From Thermoanaerobaculia bacterium (lineage in GTDB: Bacteria > Acidobacteriota > Thermoanaerobaculia > Multivoradales > UBA5704), in contig JBGAGQ010000006.1 of assembly GCA_044226625.1 (NCBI GenBank), positions 64,001-128,000 of the forward strand: 64,000 bases of DNA, given 5' to 3'. Each line of letters starts with the position of its first letter. The stretch's first letter is position 1. The position numbers and the translations under genes are program-made. The notes under the pieces were generated by a model. The model did no database searches, was not told the DNA's origin, and saw only the letters and a program-made list of their open reading frames with translations. Below are positions 22,992 to 35,482 of this stretch, piece after piece.

Positions 22992-25900
22992 GTGAGCCGC
23001 GACAAAGAAAAGAACAAGAACGCAGAATACCCCTTTACACCCTCCGGTTTCTTCGCTTTCCGTACCCCTCTGTACCCTTACGAGGAGCTGGAGGCCTGGG
23101 GAGCGGGTCTCGCCTCGCCCGGCGTTTCGGTCGACGACGGCGAGGCGTTTGCCGCCGCCTGGGCCGCCGACCGCGCGCTGCTGCGCGAGCGGCTACGGGC
23201 GCTGCTCGTACGGCCGGAGGTGCGCGAGTCGGTCTTCCTGGCTTCGCCTTCCCTATCCGACGGTCTCGACGTCTGGAAGAAAGACCCGGACGGCAAGAAA
23301 GGGCAGCGGGCCGAGCGCGCGCTGGTCCGCTACGTCCTACGGATGTGCGCCCGCCCGACGCCGTTCGGTCTCTTCTCGGGCTGCTCCGTCGGCCGTCTCG
23401 GCGGCGCCGACGAACCGACCCGGCTGCGGCTCGTCCCGCGCTCCGCCTACGACCGCCACACGCGGCTCGACATGGATTACCTGTTCGCGCTGGTCGAGGA
23501 TCTGATCAAGGATCCGAACGTCCGCGCCGCGCTGCGCTATCTGCCCAACACCAGCCTGTACCACGCAGCCGGCCGCATGCGTTATGCCGAGGCTCGCCTG
23601 GACGGCAAGGTGCGTTCCCACCATCTGGTCGCGGTCACGCCGACCTCCTACCTCGAAGAGACGCTCGAGCGGGCCCGGAACGGTGCGCCGATCGCCGCCC
23701 TCGCCCAGGCGCTGGTCGACTCCGATCCGGATGCCGAGATCACGCGGGACGACGCGGACGAGTACCTGGCCGAGCTCGTGGACAGCCAGCTCCTGGTGCC
23801 CGATTTCGGCTTGCCGGTGACCGGGCGGGAGTCGATCCACGACCTGCTCGATCAGCTCGCCGCGCTCCCCGACCTGCCGATCGGGCAGAAGGTACGGGAG
23901 CGCCTGCTCGCGACCCGCGACGCGATCGACGCAATCGACGCCTCCGGGGTGGGGGCCGAGCCGGAGCGCTACCGCGAGATCGAGCGCGGGCTCGCCGAAC
24001 TGCCGACGCCGGTCGAGCTGTCGCGCCTGTTCCAAGTCGACATGGTCAAACCGGTCGCCGAGGCGGCGCTCGGGCCGGCGGTGGTCGCCGAGCTGTCGCG
24101 CGCTCTCGACGTCCTGCATCAGATCTTCGGCCGGTCGCGGATGGAGTCGCTCGACAACTTCCGCCGCGACTTTTCCGAGCGCTACGGCGAGGGGCGGTGG
24201 ATGCCACTTCTCGAGGTGCTCGACGAAGAGGTGGGGATCGGCTACGAAAAATCGCGCAGCGCCGGAGCCGAAGCCTCGCCCCTGCTCGCCGGGGTCGCGC
24301 TCGGCGGACCGCAAGCCGCGCAGACCGTCCCCTGGGGCGCTTTCCAGGCGGTGATGCTGGGCAAGCTCGAGGCGGCGCTCGCCTCGGGAGCGCGAGAGGT
24401 AGAGATCACCGACGCCGACGTCACGAAGCTCAAGGTGAGCGACCCGGCGCCGCTGCCCGACTCGTTCCAGGTGATGGCGACGCTCGCCGCGACCTCCGAA
24501 GAGGATCTGGACGCCGGCCGTTTCGAGGTGCTCTGGCGCGGAGCGGGAGGTCCGTCGGGAGCGCGGCTGCTCGGGCGCTTCTGCCACGCCGACGCCGAGC
24601 TGACCCGGCTCACCCTCGCCCATCTGCGCGCCGAGGAGTCGCATCAAGCGGGAGCGATCTTCGCCGAGGTGGTCCATCTGCCGCAGGGACGGATCGGCAA
24701 TATCCTCGCCCGGCCGGTCCTGCGGGATTACGAGATTCCGTTCCTCGGCCGCTCGGGCGCGCCGGCCGACCGCCAGATCCCGGTGAGCGACCTCGACGTG
24801 ACCGCGATGGGCAACCGGATCGCGCTCCGCTCCCGGTCGCTCCGCCGCGAGGTCGTCCCGCGCCTCTCGTCGGCGCACAACTTCTCGATGGGGAGCCTCG
24901 GCCTCTACCGGTTCCTCTGCACGATCCAATCGCAGAACGTGGCGGCGGGCCTGTTCTGGGGTTGGGGACCGTTCGACGGCGCGTCGTTCCTACCCCGTGT
25001 CCGCCTTGGCCGCACGATCCTGTCGCGCGCGACCTGGAAGATGACCGAAGAGGAGATCGAAGGCTGGAAGAAGGCCAAAGGCGCGGGCTTGCTCGCCGCC
25101 GCTCGCGCCTGGCGCGAGCGGCGCGGGATTCCCCGCCTCGCGACGCTCGCCGACGGTGACAACGAGTTGCTGGTCGACTTCGAGAACCCGCTCGAGCTCG
25201 ACACGTTCTTCGATCTGGTGGAAGAGCGCAAACAGGCCATCCTCCACGAGCTCTTCCCGAGTCCGGACCGGCTCTGCGTCACCGGCCCCGAGGGGCGATT
25301 CCTCCATGAAATCGTCGTCCCCTACGATCGCAAGCGCCCGGCGACGGCCGGGGCTTCGGCCCAGCCCGCGATCGAAGCCTCGGTCGAAACCGAGAGGTCG
25401 CTGCCCGGCGGCGAATCGGACGGCGCACCGGTTTCCGTACCCGCCCCGCGGACCGGCAGCCCATCGGCCGCGACGCTCGTGCGCTCGTTTCCGCCTGGAT
25501 CGGAATGGCTTTATCTCAAGGTCTACACCGGCAGCTCGACCGCGGACGGCATCCTGCGCGAAGCGATCGGGCCGGCGGTGCGCGAGGCGATCGCCGTGGG
25601 CGACGCCGACTCCTGGTTCTTCATTCGCTACGCCGATCCGGAATGGCACCTGCGGATCCGACTCCACGGCGATCCCCGCAACCTGCTGATCCATGCCCTA
25701 CCGCGTCTGGAGCGGGCGGTCTCGCCCCTGCTCGAGCACGGTCGCGCCTGGAAGATCCAGCTCGACACCTACGAGCGCGAGACCGAGCGCTACGGCGGAG
25801 CGGTCGGCATGCCGCTGTGCGAGCAGCTTTTCCACTTCGACAGCGAGGCCTGCCTGAGCATCGTCGAGACGCTCGAGGGCGACGAGGGGGCGGACGCCCG

Positions 25901-26363
25901 GTGGCGCCTCGCGCTGCGCGGGGCCGACCTGATCCTCACCGACCTCGGCGTCCGCGACGAGCAGAAGCTCGGTCTCATGGGCACGATGCGCGAGAACTTC
26001 GCCAAGGAGTTCGGCGGCCAGAAGAGCCTCGACGTCTCGATCGACCAGAAATATCGAGCCGAGAAGCGGAACCTTGCCGCCCTGCTCGCGCCGACGCCCG
26101 CGGAGGACGATCCGCTCGCCCCGGGCTACGCGATCCTCGCCGAGCGGTCGAGACGGAGCGCCGCCACCCTGGCCGAGCTCGAACGCCTCGAACGGGCGAG
26201 CGAGCTCAAGCGGATCGATCTCGCGGGAAGCCTGATCCACATGCACGTGAACCGGATGATCCGCTCCGCCGCGCGCGCCCACGAGGCGGTGATCTACGGC
26301 CTCCTCCACCGCGAGTACCAGGCCCGCGCCGCGCGAGCGCGGAAAGGAGCCGGGGCGGCCTGA
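22992..26363 (+). CDS. lanB: Class I lanthipeptide dehydratase (glutamylation plus elimination domains)
   Basis: FRTPL, YVLRMCARPTPFGLF, RLDMD, QVDM, GRF; C-terminal EWLYLKVY, FFIRYADP, HLRIR, YERETERYGG, HMHVNR. Confidence 0.93.
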   Translation: MSRDKEKNKNAEYPFTPSGFFAFRTPLYPYEELEAWGAGLASPGVSVDDGEAFAAAWAADRALLRERLRALLVRPEVRESVFLASPSLSDGLDVWKKDPDGKKGQRAERALVRYVLRMCARPTPFGLFSGCSVGRLGGADEPTRLRLVPRSAYDRHTRLDMDYLFALVEDLIKDPNVRAALRYLPNTSLYHAAGRMRYAEARLDGKVRSHHLVAVTPTSYLEETLERARNGAPIAALAQALVDSDPDAEITRDDADEYLAELVDSQLLVPDFGLPVTGRESIHDLLDQLAALPDLPIGQKVRERLLATRDAIDAIDASGVGAEPERYREIERGLAELPTPVELSRLFQVDMVKPVAEAALGPAVVAELSRALDVLHQIFGRSRMESLDNFRRDFSERYGEGRWMPLLEVLDEEVGIGYEKSRSAGAEASPLLAGVALGGPQAAQTVPWGAFQAVMLGKLEAALASGAREVEITDADVTKLKVSDPAPLPDSFQVMATLAATSEEDLDAGRFEVLWRGAGGPSGARLLGRFCHADAELTRLTLAHLRAEESHQAGAIFAEVVHLPQGRIGNILARPVLRDYEIPFLGRSGAPADRQIPVSDLDVTAMGNRIALRSRSLRREVVPRLSSAHNFSMGSLGLYRFLCTIQSQNVAAGLFWGWGPFDGASFLPRVRLGRTILSRATWKMTEEEIEGWKKAKGAGLLAAARAWRERRGIPRLATLADGDNELLVDFENPLELDTFFDLVEERKQAILHELFPSPDRLCVTGPEGRFLHEIVVPYDRKRPATAGASAQPAIEASVETERSLPGGESDGAPVSVPAPRTGSPSAATLVRSFPPGSEWLYLKVYTGSSTADGILREAIGPAVREAIAVGDADSWFFIRYADPEWHLRIRLHGDPRNLLIHALPRLERAVSPLLEHGRAWKIQLDTYERETERYGGAVGMPLCEQLFHFDSEACLSIVETLEGDEGADARWRLALRGADLILTDLGVRDEQKLGLMGTMRENFAKEFGGQKSLDVSIDQKYRAEKRNLAALLAPTPAEDDPLAPGYAILAERSRRSAATLAELERLERASELKRIDLAGSLIHMHVNRMIRSAARAHEAVIYGLLHREYQARAARARKGAGAA

Positions 26364-26426
26364 GCCGGAACCGGGGCAGCGGGGGGGGGGGGGAGCGGCC
26401 CGTGGGAGACGACGGTAGAGGGCGCT

Positions 26427-27278
26427 TCAGCTCGCGGGTGCGGATGTCTTGGCGAGCGTCAACTGATCGAGGGGCGCCACGGCGAACGCGCCGTAGGCGA
26501 GCAGGTAGAGCAGATCGACGACCGGATCGAGCGCGGCGAAGTGAAGGCTGGTCTGGTAGGCGAAGAGGATGTCGCCGAGCACGAGGCAAACGATACCGGC
26601 GACGAGGGCGAGCCAGACGCGTTGCGCCCGCCCGCCGCGCAGACCGTAGGCGGCGCGGGCGAGGAGCAACGCAGGGGCGAGCAGTACGATGTCGAGCAGC
26701 GGATAGGCCACGCTGATCGTCCGATCCAGGAGCGGCTCGGAAGAGCGCGCGATCGGCTGGAGCGCCGGGAGCACCAGAATCAAAGCGAAGCCGGCGACCA
26801 TCATCATCCGCCGCTGATCCTCGTGCGGCTCGCCGAACGGCCAGCCCGCCTGACGGAAGGCGCGAACGAAACCGAGCTGCGAGGCGATCAGGAACGGATA
26901 GGCGGCGAGGAAGAACGCCTCGGCCGGCGACGGAAACGGCACGTCGATCCCGCGCAGGAGCTGATAGTCGGCGAGCATCAACTGGCCGCCGAGAAACGAG
27001 AGCGAGCCCGCCGCGAGGCCGAGCCAGGCGCGACGGACGTGGTCGGCGCCGGGAAAGTGGCGCGACGCGGCGAAGGCGAGCACGGCCCCGAGCGCCTCTA
27101 AGAGGAGCTTGGAAACCATCGCGAGCCAATTCCAGGTCGCGTCCGGCCAGGAGAGGGCTTTCGGCGAAAGGGCGCGAAGCGCGAAAAGCCCCGCGACCGT
27201 GAGGGTCGCCGCGATCAGCCCCGCCTCGCGGCCGGGCAGGTGGAACCCGGATTCCGCGGTCCGCGCGGCCCCGCTCAT
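26427..27278 (-). CDS. Multi-pass membrane protein resembling a sensory input module
   Basis: About 8 TM segments; PFPSPAEAFFLAAYP and AYPLLDIVLL motifs; no cytoplasmic output domain. Confidence 0.7.
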   Translation of the reverse strand: MSGAARTAESGFHLPGREAGLIAATLTVAGLFALRALSPKALSWPDATWNWLAMVSKLLLEALGAVLAFAASRHFPGADHVRRAWLGLAAGSLSFLGGQLMLADYQLLRGIDVPFPSPAEAFFLAAYPFLIASQLGFVRAFRQAGWPFGEPHEDQRRMMMVAGFALILVLPALQPIARSSEPLLDRTISVAYPLLDIVLLAPALLLARAAYGLRGGRAQRVWLALVAGIVCLVLGDILFAYQTSLHFAALDPVVDLLYLLAYGAFAVAPLDQLTLAKTSAPAS

Positions 27279-27556
27279 CCCTGCGGCTCCGAGTCGAGAC
27301 CGCTCGGTCCCCGCCAGACCGCCGCTCGCGCGGCGGCGATGGCCTCGCTGGTTCGCTGCTCCCCCAGGAAGATGACCAGCCCTCGTCCCACTTTCCGCAG
27401 CAGGGCTTCGACGTCCTCTTCGCTGAGCCGGTCCGAGGAGAGCCCCAGCTTCGCGCGATGCCCCTCGACGCCGGCCCGCGCCATCGACTCGCCGACGTGC
27501 GGCGCGATCGTTCGCGCGATCGCGGCGACGACCTGAGCGGTGTTGCGGGACTCCAT
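27275..27556 (-). CDS. Small alpha-helical hypothetical protein
   Basis: MESRNTAQVV...; stop overlaps the start of the downstream membrane gene (ATGA). Confidence 0.7.
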   Translation of the reverse strand: MESRNTAQVVAAIARTIAPHVGESMARAGVEGHRAKLGLSSDRLSEEDVEALLRKVGRGLVIFLGEQRTSEAIAAARAAVWRGPSGLDSEPQG

Positions 27557-27670
27557 CTTCGAGGACGGCTCCTTGGCGGATCTGCGATGATCTCGACCGG
27601 CCGCCCGCAAGAGGAACCCGGAGACACCGTTCCGGACGATACGGACGCTCGGTGACGAGCGCGAGGACGT

Positions 27671-28045
27671 ATGAACGAAAAAAGCAGCAAAGCTCGTGCC
27701 GGAAGGCTGGTCTATTCGACCGAGCGACCGACCTGTCCGAAATGCGGCTGGCCCGAGGCGAGCTGCGCCTGCAGCCACAAGCTCTCGCCGGCTCCGCCCG
27801 CGGGGGACGGCTTCGTGCGCATCCGGCGCGAGACGAAAGGGCGTGCAGGGAAAGGGGTGACGGTCGTTGCCGGTGTAGCTCTTACACTCGACGAGCTTTC
27901 GCGCCTGGCCGCCGACCTCAAAAAGCGCTGCGGCTCGGGCGGCACGGTGAAAGAGGGAACGATCGAGATCCAGGGCGATCATCGCGACGTGATTCAGAAC
28001 GAGCTCGAGCGCCGGGGGTGGAAGGTCAAGCGCTCGGGAGGTTGA
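27671..28045 (+). CDS. yciH: Translation initiation factor SUI1/YciH
   Basis: LVYST, CxxC, RETKGRAGKGVT, LKKRCGSGGT, IEIQGDHR. Confidence 0.93.
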   Translation: MNEKSSKARAGRLVYSTERPTCPKCGWPEASCACSHKLSPAPPAGDGFVRIRRETKGRAGKGVTVVAGVALTLDELSRLAADLKKRCGSGGTVKEGTIEIQGDHRDVIQNELERRGWKVKRSGG

Positions 28046-28090
28046 ACGTCAACGCTCACGATGCTCGCCCGATCGCCTCGCCGGGTACCG

Positions 28091-28465
28091 TCAGCGATTC
28101 CACGGGCCGGGTAAGAGAGCCGGCAGCAGGAAGAAGACCGCGAACACCCCGAACGCGAAGATCGGGACGAGCGGGGCCGCTTCCTGCTCGGCGACCGGCG
28201 CCATCGCCCGCAGGAGGACGACCAGACTGAACGGGCCCAGGACGCAGACCAGGTACCCGGGAAAGCGCCGCTTCGGCTCCAGCCGGCCGCGCAGCCGCGC
28301 ATAGACGATCCCGCCTCCCCAACCGAGTGAAACCGCGAGGCTGTAGAGAGGGTACAGCCCGAGCGGCAGGTGCCCAGCGAGCGAAACGACGCCGAAGAGA
28401 TCGAGCAGGACGACGATCCAGCAGGCCAGGAACAGCCCGACGACCGCCGCCCCGAGCCCTTTCAC
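28091..28465 (-). CDS. Hypothetical membrane protein
   Basis: Four hydrophobic segments; same strand as and downstream of gcvP. Confidence 0.65.
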   Translation of the reverse strand: MKGLGAAVVGLFLACWIVVLLDLFGVVSLAGHLPLGLYPLYSLAVSLGWGGGIVYARLRGRLEPKRRFPGYLVCVLGPFSLVVLLRAMAPVAEQEAAPLVPIFAFGVFAVFFLLPALLPGPWNR

Positions 28466-28531
28466 GCGGCGAATCCCCTCGACTCTCCTGCGATCGGTCC
28501 GCTCCGAGAGAGCGACCCGCCCCGGCCTACG

Positions 28532-31456
<2,925 letters not shown>

Positions 31457-31459
31457 GAG

Positions 31460-31846
31460 CTACTCCCCGCCCTCGGAAATGAACTTTTCGTAGTCCTCGG
31501 CGCTCATCAGGCTCTTCAAGTCGGCGGCCGAGGAGAAGCGGATCTTGCAGAGCCACCCTTCGTGATGCGGGTCCTCGTTCAGGATCTCGGGGTCGTCGAC
31601 CACCGCGTCGTTGATCTCCAGGATCTCGCCCGCGAGCGGGGTGTAGACCTCGGCCACCGCCTTGACCGATTCGATGGTGCCAATTTCGTCGCCGGAATCG
31701 AACACCATGCCCACCTCGGGCAGCTCGACGAAGACCACCTCTCCCAGCTCGGTCTGGGCGAACTCGGTGATCCCCAGGGTGCAGACGTCGTCTTCGACCC
31801 GCACCCACTCGTGCTCCTTCGAATAAAGATAGTCGCTGGGATACAT
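31460..31846 (-). CDS. gcvH: Glycine cleavage system H protein
   Basis: HEWV, LGEVVFVELP, IESVKA lipoyl-lysine. Confidence 0.97.
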   Translation of the reverse strand: MYPSDYLYSKEHEWVRVEDDVCTLGITEFAQTELGEVVFVELPEVGMVFDSGDEIGTIESVKAVAEVYTPLAGEILEINDAVVDDPEILNEDPHHEGWLCKIRFSSAADLKSLMSAEDYEKFISEGGE

Positions 31847-31981
31847 ATTCTGAGATTGCCTCCCGGTCGGCCGTGCGATGCGGGCCGGTCAACGACGACG
31901 GGGCGCGGTTTTCGAGCAGGCCCCGCCGCGAATGGTGAACTTCGACTCAGGTTACAGCACCGGCCGGAGCCGGGGAAAGTC

Positions 31982-33082
31982 CTATTTGCTTCGGGTGTAG
32001 AACGGGGTCTTCGCGACCCGGGCGTTCAACAGTTTGCCGCGCACTTCGATTCCGAGCGCCGTCCCCTCCGAGGCCTGCCCCACGGGCACGTAAGCGAGGC
32101 CGAGCGCCTTCTGGAACGTCGGGCTCCAGGTGCCGCTAGTGACCGAGCCGACGGCGGCGCCGTCGACCATCACCGGATGGCCTTCGCGGGCGATTCCCCG
32201 CCCTTCGATCTCGAAACCGACGAGCTGGCGCGCGAGCCCGCGCGCCTTCTGGGCGACCAGGGCGTCGCGGCCGACGAAATGCCCCTTGTCGATCTTGACC
32301 ACCCAGGACAGGCCCGCCTCGAGCGGAGTCGTCGTCTCATTGAGCTCATGGCCGTAGAGCGCCATGGCCGCCTCGAGCCGCAGGGTGTCGCGGGCGCCGA
32401 GGCCCGCCGGCAGGAGACCGAGCGGACCACCGACCTCGAACAGCCGGCGCCACACCGCGGGCGCGCCGTCGGTAGGGAGATAGAGCTCGAAGCCGTCCTC
32501 GCCCGTATAGCCGGTCCGCGAGATCAGCGTCTTCGTCCCCGCGACCTCGCCGAAGGCGAAACCGTAATAACGGATCGCGGACAGATCGGTCGTCGTGAGC
32601 TGCGCGAGAATTTCCATCGCCCGCGGCCCCTGGAGGGCGAGGAGCGCATAGGCGTCGGAGACGTTTTCGACCGCGACGCCGGTCGGAGCGCGCTCGGCGA
32701 TCCAGGCGAAGTCGCGGTCAGCGTTGCTCGCGTTGACCACCACCAGGTAGGACTCCTCACCCAGCCGGTAGATCAAGAGGTCGTCGATGTACGTGCCCGA
32801 CTCGTTCAACAGGCCGCTGTAGTGGGCGCGGCCGACGGCCAGCTTCGCCACGTGGTTGGGCGTGAGCGCGTCCAAGAACGCGGTCGCACCGGCGCCGTCC
32901 ACCCGGACCTCGCCCATGTGCGACACGTCGAACAGGCCCGCGCGCTGGCGGACCGCGGTGTGCTCCTCGATCAGCCCGGTGTACTGGACCGGCATTTCCC
33001 ATCCCGCGAAAGGCACCATCTTGCCCCCCGCTTCGCGATGGAGGTCGTAGAGAGGGGTGCGCCGAAGGTTTTCCTCGCTCAT
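31982..33082 (-). CDS. gcvT: Glycine cleavage system aminomethyltransferase T
   Basis: FAGWEMPVQY, FDVSHMG, RTGYTGEDGFE, GLGARDTLRLEA. Confidence 0.97.
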   Translation of the reverse strand: MSEENLRRTPLYDLHREAGGKMVPFAGWEMPVQYTGLIEEHTAVRQRAGLFDVSHMGEVRVDGAGATAFLDALTPNHVAKLAVGRAHYSGLLNESGTYIDDLLIYRLGEESYLVVVNASNADRDFAWIAERAPTGVAVENVSDAYALLALQGPRAMEILAQLTTTDLSAIRYYGFAFGEVAGTKTLISRTGYTGEDGFELYLPTDGAPAVWRRLFEVGGPLGLLPAGLGARDTLRLEAAMALYGHELNETTTPLEAGLSWVVKIDKGHFVGRDALVAQKARGLARQLVGFEIEGRGIAREGHPVMVDGAAVGSVTSGTWSPTFQKALGLAYVPVGQASEGTALGIEVRGKLLNARVAKTPFYTRSK

Positions 33083-33246
33083 CAGATTCTCCCGGAACGG
33101 CTGCGAACCCTATCACCGGCCGGAAGCCAAGGCGGAAAACCGTCCGAAAGTTCCGTCGCAGGAATCGCAGGAAATGGCGGGACGGAGGGTTTCAGTTCTC
33201 GGCACCCGGGCTTCCCTCCCCCGGGATCTGACGAAGGAGATTCTCG

Positions 33247-33822
33247 ATGACCACCGCCCCCCGCCGCCGCCCCCGTTTCCTCCTCCCCCTGCTCGCCACC
33301 GCGGGGATCCTCTCACTCGGAGCCCTGGCGCTCGCCGCCTCGCCCACCCCGCGCTCGGCCGACCGGCCGATTCCGGGACGGCATCTCGGCCGGTTCGGCC
33401 ACGGTGAAGCGATCACCCGCCTGCTCGTCCTCGACACGGCCCAGAGCGCCAAGGCGACCGAGCTGGTCGCCCGGCTCCGGAGCGACCTCGCGCCGATCCG
33501 CGACTCGCGGCGCACGACGCGCGAGCGCCTGCGGACCGAGCTCGAATCCGCGAGGCCCAACGCCGAGACGATCGGCCGCCTGGTCCTCGATTCCCGCTCC
33601 AGCCGCGGCGCCGTCCGCTCTGCGCTCGAACGGTTCGACCAGGACCTCTCGGCCATGCTCAGGCCCGAGCAGCTCACCCGCTATAAGGAATGGAAAGACC
33701 GCCGCTTCCGGCACCGCGGCGGCGACCGCCTGCGCGAGCGCTTCCGCGGCCACAGCCGCGACGGCCTCCGGGGCGGCCCCGACGGACCTCCTCCGCTTCC
33801 GGGCGACGACCGGCCCCTGTAA
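33247..33822 (+). CDS. Spy/CpxP-like periplasmic helical protein
   Basis: Signal peptide, long amphipathic helices, LRPEQ (LTxEQ-like) motif; RBS AAGGAG. Confidence 0.7.
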   Translation: MTTAPRRRPRFLLPLLATAGILSLGALALAASPTPRSADRPIPGRHLGRFGHGEAITRLLVLDTAQSAKATELVARLRSDLAPIRDSRRTTRERLRTELESARPNAETIGRLVLDSRSSRGAVRSALERFDQDLSAMLRPEQLTRYKEWKDRRFRHRGGDRLRERFRGHSRDGLRGGPDGPPPLPGDDRPL

Positions 33823-33922
33823 CCCGAGCGTCACACCCCGGACCCGCCGGCGACCGCCCCGGAGCCTAGGCTTTCCCCGCGCGGTCGTCGGCTGATCCCT
33901 ACCCCCGCGCCTGTCATCCCCC

Positions 33923-33964
33923 ACCGGATCGAAACGCCCCCCGGCGTCGCGGTCCGGTCTTTTT
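33923..33964 (+). terminator. Probable intrinsic terminator
   Basis: ACCGGATCG...CGGTCCGGT stem followed by a T-run. Confidence 0.45.
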
Positions 33965-33973
33965 ATGCCAGGT

Positions 33974-35362
33974 CTACAGCTCGCTCGGGAAGAGGAAGCT
34001 CCATTCCTGATTCGTGGCGCCCGGCACGCAATCGAAGAGGACGATCGGGGTGCCTGGGTCGGAGCTCATGCCTAGGGTGGTAAGGCATCGGCCGACGAAT
34101 CGGCTTCTTAGGTTCTTTCCAGAGTCCCAATACTTCTGGTGGTCGCGCGGTGGAGAGCAGTCGAACAGCTGGATCGGCGTGCCGTTCGTAAAGAACGCCC
34201 CCAGCTGCGTCGCACAGCCGCCGTTCTGATTGGCGAGCTGCGAGTCGACGAGGTTCCAAAGCTGGCTTGCCTCGCCGGGAATGCAGTCTTCGAGGACGAC
34301 CGGAGTTCCGTTCGCTGCCGAGCCGTTCTGGGCGGCGAGGCATTTGCCGCCGATGCCGTGGACGTGCCGCCAGAAACCGAGCCGATGGAGCGACTGTTGA
34401 AGCTCATCCGCGTGGGCCGCCACGCCTACCACCCGACCGGCGGCGTCGACGAGCGCCGATCCAGAGGCACCTCCGGTGAAGGGAATTCCCGCCACGAATC
34501 CGGTGTCGAACGTCGTGGGGTTGGGATTTACCAGGGTCACCACTCCCTCGTATGGCTGCTGGAAATGGCTGCTCCCGTGATGGACCGCGTGGAGGGTCTC
34601 GCCCAGCTCAGTCGTTCGCGGATTCATCGGCAGATACCCGAAACGCACCCCCGGCGCATCACCCGAGCCACTCCGCGGGGCGCGGGCCAGGCGAAGCAGG
34701 GCGAGATCTCGATCGAAGTCGGGGCCCGGACCGCCGGGCCAGCTCTCGAGGATCGCGTTGACGGGATAGACGAGGTTGGGCTGGTCGCCCCCTCCCCCTT
34801 TGACGTATTCGAAACGGACGGACAGGGCCGAGACGGGAAACAGATCGTGAAAGAACGAGTCGTAGAGGCAATGACCGGCGGTCAGAAAGAGATCCTCGCC
34901 GACCAGCGTGCCGGTGCACCACGGCGAATCGTTGAGACGTAGGGAACCGACGGAGCGCTCCAGGATCGCGGTCGAGCCCTCGGCGAGGGTGAATACGCTG
35001 GTCGACCAGCCGCTCCAACGCCCGGAACCGTCTACGGCCGCCAGGTTTACCCAATGGAGGCCGGGCTTGAGGTTGGCCGGCGCCCGGTACTCGCGCTCAT
35101 ACGGCGAAAGGGGGATCGGCGCGGTCTCCCATTCGGGCCAAATGACATAAGACGCCGCTCCGCGGCCGGACGTCCAGCGCCACAGCGGAGGCTCCGAGGT
35201 CGTCGCCGGCGGTTGGGTCAGGAAGACGGGGGCCGAGGGTTGGCCGAACGAAGCCGGGACGGAGACGAGCGAAAGCAGCAACGCGATCGCCAGCAAGGGA
35301 AACCCCCGGTGACGGGAGGTCGAACGGCGCTCGGTGACGCCGAGAGGTCGGGTGGCGATCAT
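33974..35362 (-). CDS. Secreted trypsin-like serine protease with ricin B lectin domain
   Basis: TAGHC, DLALLRL, GGASGS catalytic motifs; three C-terminal C...GTP...DC...QxW-type repeats. Confidence 0.85.
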   Translation of the reverse strand: MIATRPLGVTERRSTSRHRGFPLLAIALLLSLVSVPASFGQPSAPVFLTQPPATTSEPPLWRWTSGRGAASYVIWPEWETAPIPLSPYEREYRAPANLKPGLHWVNLAAVDGSGRWSGWSTSVFTLAEGSTAILERSVGSLRLNDSPWCTGTLVGEDLFLTAGHCLYDSFFHDLFPVSALSVRFEYVKGGGGDQPNLVYPVNAILESWPGGPGPDFDRDLALLRLARAPRSGSGDAPGVRFGYLPMNPRTTELGETLHAVHHGSSHFQQPYEGVVTLVNPNPTTFDTGFVAGIPFTGGASGSALVDAAGRVVGVAAHADELQQSLHRLGFWRHVHGIGGKCLAAQNGSAANGTPVVLEDCIPGEASQLWNLVDSQLANQNGGCATQLGAFFTNGTPIQLFDCSPPRDHQKYWDSGKNLRSRFVGRCLTTLGMSSDPGTPIVLFDCVPGATNQEWSFLFPSEL

Positions 35363-35482
35363 TGGATTCTCCTTTCGAGCCGGAACGGACGAGGGCGACC
35401 CCGTGTTCCAGCATCCGCTTCAGGAGAGATCCGGAATGTCGTCGTGTGGGTTAGGCGCGTTCGCCGCCGCGATAACCTCGGT

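Noticed and set aside
33083-33246. Glycine riboswitch upstream of gcvT
   Set aside because: No GGAGA / CCGAAG / CUCUCAGG aptamer core seen.
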